From Limisphaerales bacterium (GTDB taxonomy: Bacteria > Verrucomicrobiota > Verrucomicrobiia > Limisphaerales > SIBE01), in the NCBI GenBank assembly GCA_044225505.1, contig JBGAIN010000002.1:62001-126000 (forward strand): DNA of 64,000 nt, given 5' to 3'. The notes under the pieces are model-generated. The model saw only the letters and a program-made list of their open reading frames with translations. It had not been told where the DNA came from and ran no database searches. The position numbers were made by a program, and so were the translations under genes. Of the stretch, positions 59,788 to 64,000 are shown piece by piece (within the stretch, counting starts at the first letter, position 1; every line of letters begins with the position of its first letter).

Positions 59788-60283
59788 AAAAGCGCCATAG
59801 GTCTGGCGCACTCCAAGACGCTGGCGCGCAAGGACTAAGGTTTACTAAATTTCGTTTGCCGCACGGTGCAAAGGGGCGCCGGGTCTCTCGGCGCCCTTGG
59901 GGGTTCGGTCGTTCGCTGCGGCCCGTCTCTTTGTTAAGCCATCCCAGTTGATGCCTTCTGCAAGCTGACAACAATTTGTTGACGGAGTGTGTGACAAATC
60001 GGGCAATTGACGCTTAGTTTGGGAACGGACCGGCCCCAAACCGGGATCGGGTGGAGACAAAAAGTCACCAAATCACGGTCACGCACCGACGGTCGCATCC
60101 CTTGCGACCACATTTCCGCCTCGGCGCTCCGGCGTGGCGACGGACGTGTCCCGTCCGCAAATTGCGGACGACAGTCGGCGTGACCGATCCGAGGAATGGT
60201 CATGTTGGGAGGCATCAGCGGCTCTCGGGACAAAACGCCAACACCTCGGGCGCACTTCAAGATGCTGGCGCGCAGGCACTAAG
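59788..60283 (+). repeat. Two direct copies of a second REP-like unit
   Basis: AAAAGCGCCATAGGTCTGGCGCACTCCAAGACGCTGGCGCGCAAGGACTAAG (59788-59839) and AAAACGCCAACACCTCGGGCGCACTTCAAGATGCTGGCGCGCAGGCACTAAG (60232-60283). Confidence 0.7.
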
Positions 60284-60650
60284 CGCATTTCGAGACCGCC
60301 CCGGGCTGGTTTTCAGTCGGCTCCAACCGTTTTTCTACAGAATCGCCACCTGGGAACGTCGCGCCACTTCGATGGACGATTCCTCGAGATCGCAAAGTCG
60401 CCTAAGCGGGAGCGGTTGATCTCGCGTTGCTGCCCCACATTCCATTCTTGCCATTCGTCCGACTGCGCCTAAGCGCTCGCAAAAATTCCCAAACGCCTCC
60501 CTTAGCGCCTTACTCAGCGCTAGTTCCACTCGGATCAGCAATTGCTGATCGGGCGGTTTCTGGCCTCAGCTTGGTTGGGCGTTCCAGCTGGACCTGCAAA
60601 GACGAGCCGCCTCACCTCGGTCGGTCTGCTCCGACATAGCGCAGGCTCAC

Positions 60651-62093
60651 TCAGGCGAGCAGCTTGTCCACGACTTCGCCATGGACGTCTGTCAGGCGGA
60701 AATCCCGGCCTTGGAATCTGTAAGTGAGCTTCGTGTGATCAAACCCGAGCAAGTGGAGCAACGTGGCGTTGAGATCGTGCACGTGCACCTTGTCCTTGGT
60801 CGCATTGAAGCCCAGGTCATCCGACTCGCCCAACGTCAGGCCTGGCTTGATCCCACCTCCCGCCAGCCACATGGTGAAACAGTTTGGATGATGATCCCGT
60901 CCGTCATCGCCGCCTTGGACCATGGGCGTGCGCCCGAATTCCCCACCCCAAACCACGAGCGTATCCTGCAACAGACCGCGCTGCTTCAAGTCTTTGACGA
61001 GAGCAGCGCAGGCCTGGTCTGTGGCCTTGCAATTCTTCTTCAGGTCTGCGACCAGGTTGCCATGCTGATCCCACGCTTCGTGGAAGAGCTCCACGAATCG
61101 CACCCCGCGTTCAATCAGTCGGCGCGCCAGCAAACAATTCAGAGCGAAAGAGGGTTTACCCGGTTCCGCGCCATACATCTCGAGGATGTGCTTCGGTTCT
61201 TTGGAAAGGTCCATCAACTCAGGAGCGCTCGTTTGCATGCGGTAAGCCATTTCAAATGAGTTGATCCGTGTCGCGATTTCGGGATCCCCCACGCTATCGA
61301 GATGCTTTTGGTTCAGGCGCCGGATCGTCTCGAACGTGTCCTGCTGGATCTTCTGATCAACCCCCTTCGGGTTGGACAAATAAAGAATAGGGTCGCCCTG
61401 ACTGCGGAACATCACGCCGTTATAGACGGTCGGCAAGAAGCCTGAACCCCAATTGGACGCCCCGCCGCTTGGTCCTTTGCTTCCCGAACTGAAGACCACA
61501 AAACCAGGCAGCTCCTGCGTCTCCGATCCGAGACCGTACAACGTCCAAGCCCCGACACTGGGTCGTCCAAACTGTTGCGACCCGGTGTGCATGAAGATTT
61601 GCCCGGGCGCATGATTGAAAGCGTCCGTATGCATCGATTTGACGATGGCAATATCGTCGACGACTTGCCCCAGTTCGGGCAGCAGTTCAGAAAGTTCTGC
61701 CCCACACTTTCCGTGACGCGCGAACTTGAACTTCGGCCCCAATAGTTTCGACTGTGGATTGATGAACGCCGCCCGATACCCTTTGAGCAGTTCTTCCGGG
61801 GGCAAAGTCCCGCTGAATTTTTCCAACTCCGGTTTGCGGTCGAACAACTCTAAATGACTGGGCGCTCCGGCCATGAAAAGGTAAATGACCCGCTTGGCTT
61901 TCGGTGCGAAATGCGGGGCCTTCGGCGCAAGCGGATTGGTGCTGAGAGCGGCGTGGGATTTGTCCTGGAGCAAAGAGCGCAGCGCGATCGCGCCGAGTCC
62001 AACGCCGCATTCTTTGAGGAACCAGCGGCGCGACACCGCGGTCGGATGCGCGTGACGGAACAGTTCCGCCTGTAAGTTCGCTTGGCAATTCAT
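60651..62093 (-). CDS. DUF1501 domain protein (Tat-exported, PVC-typical)
   Basis: [78 protein letters not shown]. Confidence 0.92.
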   Translation of the reverse strand: MNCQANLQAELFRHAHPTAVSRRWFLKECGVGLGAIALRSLLQDKSHAALSTNPLAPKAPHFAPKAKRVIYLFMAGAPSHLELFDRKPELEKFSGTLPPEELLKGYRAAFINPQSKLLGPKFKFARHGKCGAELSELLPELGQVVDDIAIVKSMHTDAFNHAPGQIFMHTGSQQFGRPSVGAWTLYGLGSETQELPGFVVFSSGSKGPSGGASNWGSGFLPTVYNGVMFRSQGDPILYLSNPKGVDQKIQQDTFETIRRLNQKHLDSVGDPEIATRINSFEMAYRMQTSAPELMDLSKEPKHILEMYGAEPGKPSFALNCLLARRLIERGVRFVELFHEAWDQHGNLVADLKKNCKATDQACAALVKDLKQRGLLQDTLVVWGGEFGRTPMVQGGDDGRDHHPNCFTMWLAGGGIKPGLTLGESDDLGFNATKDKVHVHDLNATLLHLLGFDHTKLTYRFQGRDFRLTDVHGEVVDKLLA

Positions 62094-62141
62094 GATCGTA
62101 GGTCGGATTAGGTTAGAAATGCGGGTTCGGCGCCAAGGCGC

Positions 62142-64000
62142 TCATTCCTTCGTGATCGTCTCGTCCAGGTTCAGCAAGACACGCGAAAGCACGGTGTAAG
62201 CCGCCAATTGAGTCGGCGTCGCGCCCGGTGGCAACGAGGCAGGCACGGCATTCTTGCCCGTCGCGAGCTCGGGCACACTCACCCACCCTTCCGCGAGGTG
62301 GGCTCTTTGACGTTCCAACAAGGAGAGCAGCTCTTGGAGCTCTGTTGGATCTGGCTTGCGCCCGAGGCACCGGCGGAACGCGTAAGTAACGCGTTCCTGG
62401 TCCGTCTTGCCGCCGAGCTGCAGGGTTCGGGCCGACAACGCTTGAGCACACTCCAGAAAGAGCGGTTCATTGAGCGACGTCAGGGCTTGCAATGGCGTAT
62501 TCGACCGCAATCGGCGCACGCAGGAGAAATCTCCGTTGGGTGCATCGAACGTTTGCATGACCGGATAGGGCACCGATCGGAAGCGGAAGGTATAAAGGCC
62601 GCGCCGATATCTGCCCGATCCTGTCTCTTCATTCCAAACTTTCGGACCGTAACTCGCGGGCGGTTGAAAGAGAAAGCCCGGGGCGGGCGGCATGACGCTG
62701 GCGCCTCCGATCGTGTCATTGAGCAATCCGCTCGCCGCCAAAGCGATGTCGCGCACAATCTCCGCTTCCACCCGGAATCGTGGCCCGCGTGAGATGAGGC
62801 GATTGAAGGGATCGATCTCCAGGAGTTCCGGCGTCACGCGGGACGCCTGGCGGTAAGCGGCCGATTGCACGATGAGTCGGTGCAATGATTTCACGCTCCA
62901 GCCTCCTTCCATAAATTCCACCGCCAACCAGTCGAGCAGTTCAGGATGAGATGGTGCTGGGCTGCGTGTGCCAAAATCCTCTGGTGTCTCCACCAGACCC
63001 ACGCCGAAATAAGTCTGCCAAACGCGATTCACGAGCACGCGCGCCGTGGTGGGTGACCGGCGATCGACCAGCCACTTGGCCAGGGTGAGTCGCGAATCAT
63101 CCGCACCGGCTGGCAAGGAGTGCAGAAAAGCGGGCACACCCGCGCTCACTTCCGCCCCAGGTTTGAGCCAATCGCCGCGCTTAAACATATGCGTTGGGCG
63201 TTTCTCTTCCCCTGGGCCCGAACCTCGAAGAGCGAGGAGCGTCATGGTCGGCGCTCCCGACGGCCATGCCTGCCAGAGCGCCTCAATCTTGTCGTTGGCT
63301 TCTTTAAACTCTGGCGCCGTTGTCCGCCAGTAGCTGAACAAGACGTTCTTCTGCGCTTTTGTGCGCTGTTCCTTGGCTACCCCCAAGACCTGGCGCACCG
63401 CGGCCGGCAATGGATCCGCGACGGCATTGGTTGTGTCCGTGACGGACAATCGGAACCTGCCGAGATTGTGGTTTTGATTATCATCGGAGTTCCAGCCGCC
63501 GTGGGTTTGTTTGAGTTTGAAGGTGAGCACCACGCCATTGGTAAAGGCCAGCGGTTGCGCGGGCACAAAGACCGCTTTGCGCGCCTGATTACGGCGGCCA
63601 GGGCCAGCGTCGATCCCCCAGGCTGTGTCGTCTTTACCATCGATGGCATACGCCACTGGACCGTAAACCCGTTTCTTTCCGGACCGGTCGTCAAACTCCG
63701 GTTCCAATTCTTTCTCCGGATTGGCGTAATCCGCGGTCGCGCGTACGAATTTCACCTCGACTTTGTTGGTCCGGTTCGAGGCATCGACCGCCTCGACATT
63801 GAATTCGGACAGCGCGGACATGCCCCAGATCGAACGCCCCGGACCTTGGCAGGGCAAATCCGGATCGGTCATTTGCTCGAGGCGGAAAGCGCCAATCCGT
63901 TGCAGGTGGTTCGTTCCTTGAAAGATCGCCGTCCATTTGGTCGGCGCGTAGCTCGCGGCGCGAATGGACCCGTCCGAGTAATAGTAGAATCGTTCGCCGT
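62142..64000 (-). CDS. PSD1/DUF1553 (planctomycete cytochrome c-associated) protein, 5'-truncated by window edge
   Basis: Frame is open to base 64000. RLTLAKWLVD, TARVLVNRVWQ.YFG.GLV, PSHPELLDWLA, RVEAEIVRD, RSNTPLQAL..LN, LLNLDETITKE. Confidence 0.92.
   Translation of the reverse strand, partial: GERFYYYSDGSIRAASYAPTKWTAIFQGTNHLQRIGAFRLEQMTDPDLPCQGPGRSIWGMSALSEFNVEAVDASNRTNKVEVKFVRATADYANPEKELEPEFDDRSGKKRVYGPVAYAIDGKDDTAWGIDAGPGRRNQARKAVFVPAQPLAFTNGVVLTFKLKQTHGGWNSDDNQNHNLGRFRLSVTDTTNAVADPLPAAVRQVLGVAKEQRTKAQKNVLFSYWRTTAPEFKEANDKIEALWQAWPSGAPTMTLLALRGSGPGEEKRPTHMFKRGDWLKPGAEVSAGVPAFLHSLPAGADDSRLTLAKWLVDRRSPTTARVLVNRVWQTYFGVGLVETPEDFGTRSPAPSHPELLDWLAVEFMEGGWSVKSLHRLIVQSAAYRQASRVTPELLEIDPFNRLISRGPRFRVEAEIVRDIALAASGLLNDTIGGASVMPPAPGFLFQPPASYGPKVWNEETGSGRYRRGLYTFRFRSVPYPVMQTFDAPNGDFSCVRRLRSNTPLQALTSLNEPLFLECAQALSARTLQLGGKTDQERVTYAFRRCLGRKPDPTELQELLSLLERQRAHLAEGWVSVPELATGKNAVPASLPPGATPTQLAAYTVLSRVLLNLDETITKE

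Noticed and set aside
1..64000. tRNA, rRNA, dif site or replication origin
   Set aside because: None recognised by eye; a tRNAscan-SE/Infernal run would be needed to exclude them formally.

Overview
Bacterial chromosomal window that looks like Verrucomicrobiota (PVC superphylum). This is inferred from the DUF1501 and PSD1/DUF1553 genes, five Tat-type Gfo/Idh/MocA oxidoreductases, a eukaryote-type UGPase and PVC-style REP palindromes. Most of it is housekeeping or metabolic: rsmA, apt, a sigma-70 factor, sppA, purC, a XerD-like recombinase, rnr, two gmd copies, a UvrD/Rep helicase, holA, mntH and an Lhr helicase. Two accessory or degraded zones lie at about 24.2-26.9 kb and 56-60.5 kb. The strongest non-obvious signals are four. 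(1) A 307-bp non-coding element at 24286-24592 has perfect 18-bp IS4-like terminal inverted repeats and a 10-bp target duplication. It carries an inverted pair of REP-like cassettes and sits inside another palindrome. (2) A candidate nhaA-I-type (Li+/Na+) riboswitch lies in the leader of a Na+/H+ antiporter-rnr operon, just downstream of a xerD-NusG-paralog pair. (3) Tandem DtxR/MntR-type operator boxes overlap the promoter of an outer-membrane barrel-mntH-USP operon. (4) A REP-associated tyrosine transposase (RAYT) occurs as a full-length frameshifted copy, a second 3' end and a condensed deletion derivative. The 56-60.5 kb region has so many indels that low-quality consensus is at least as likely as real decay. 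All family assignments come from motif recognition by eye; no database search was run.
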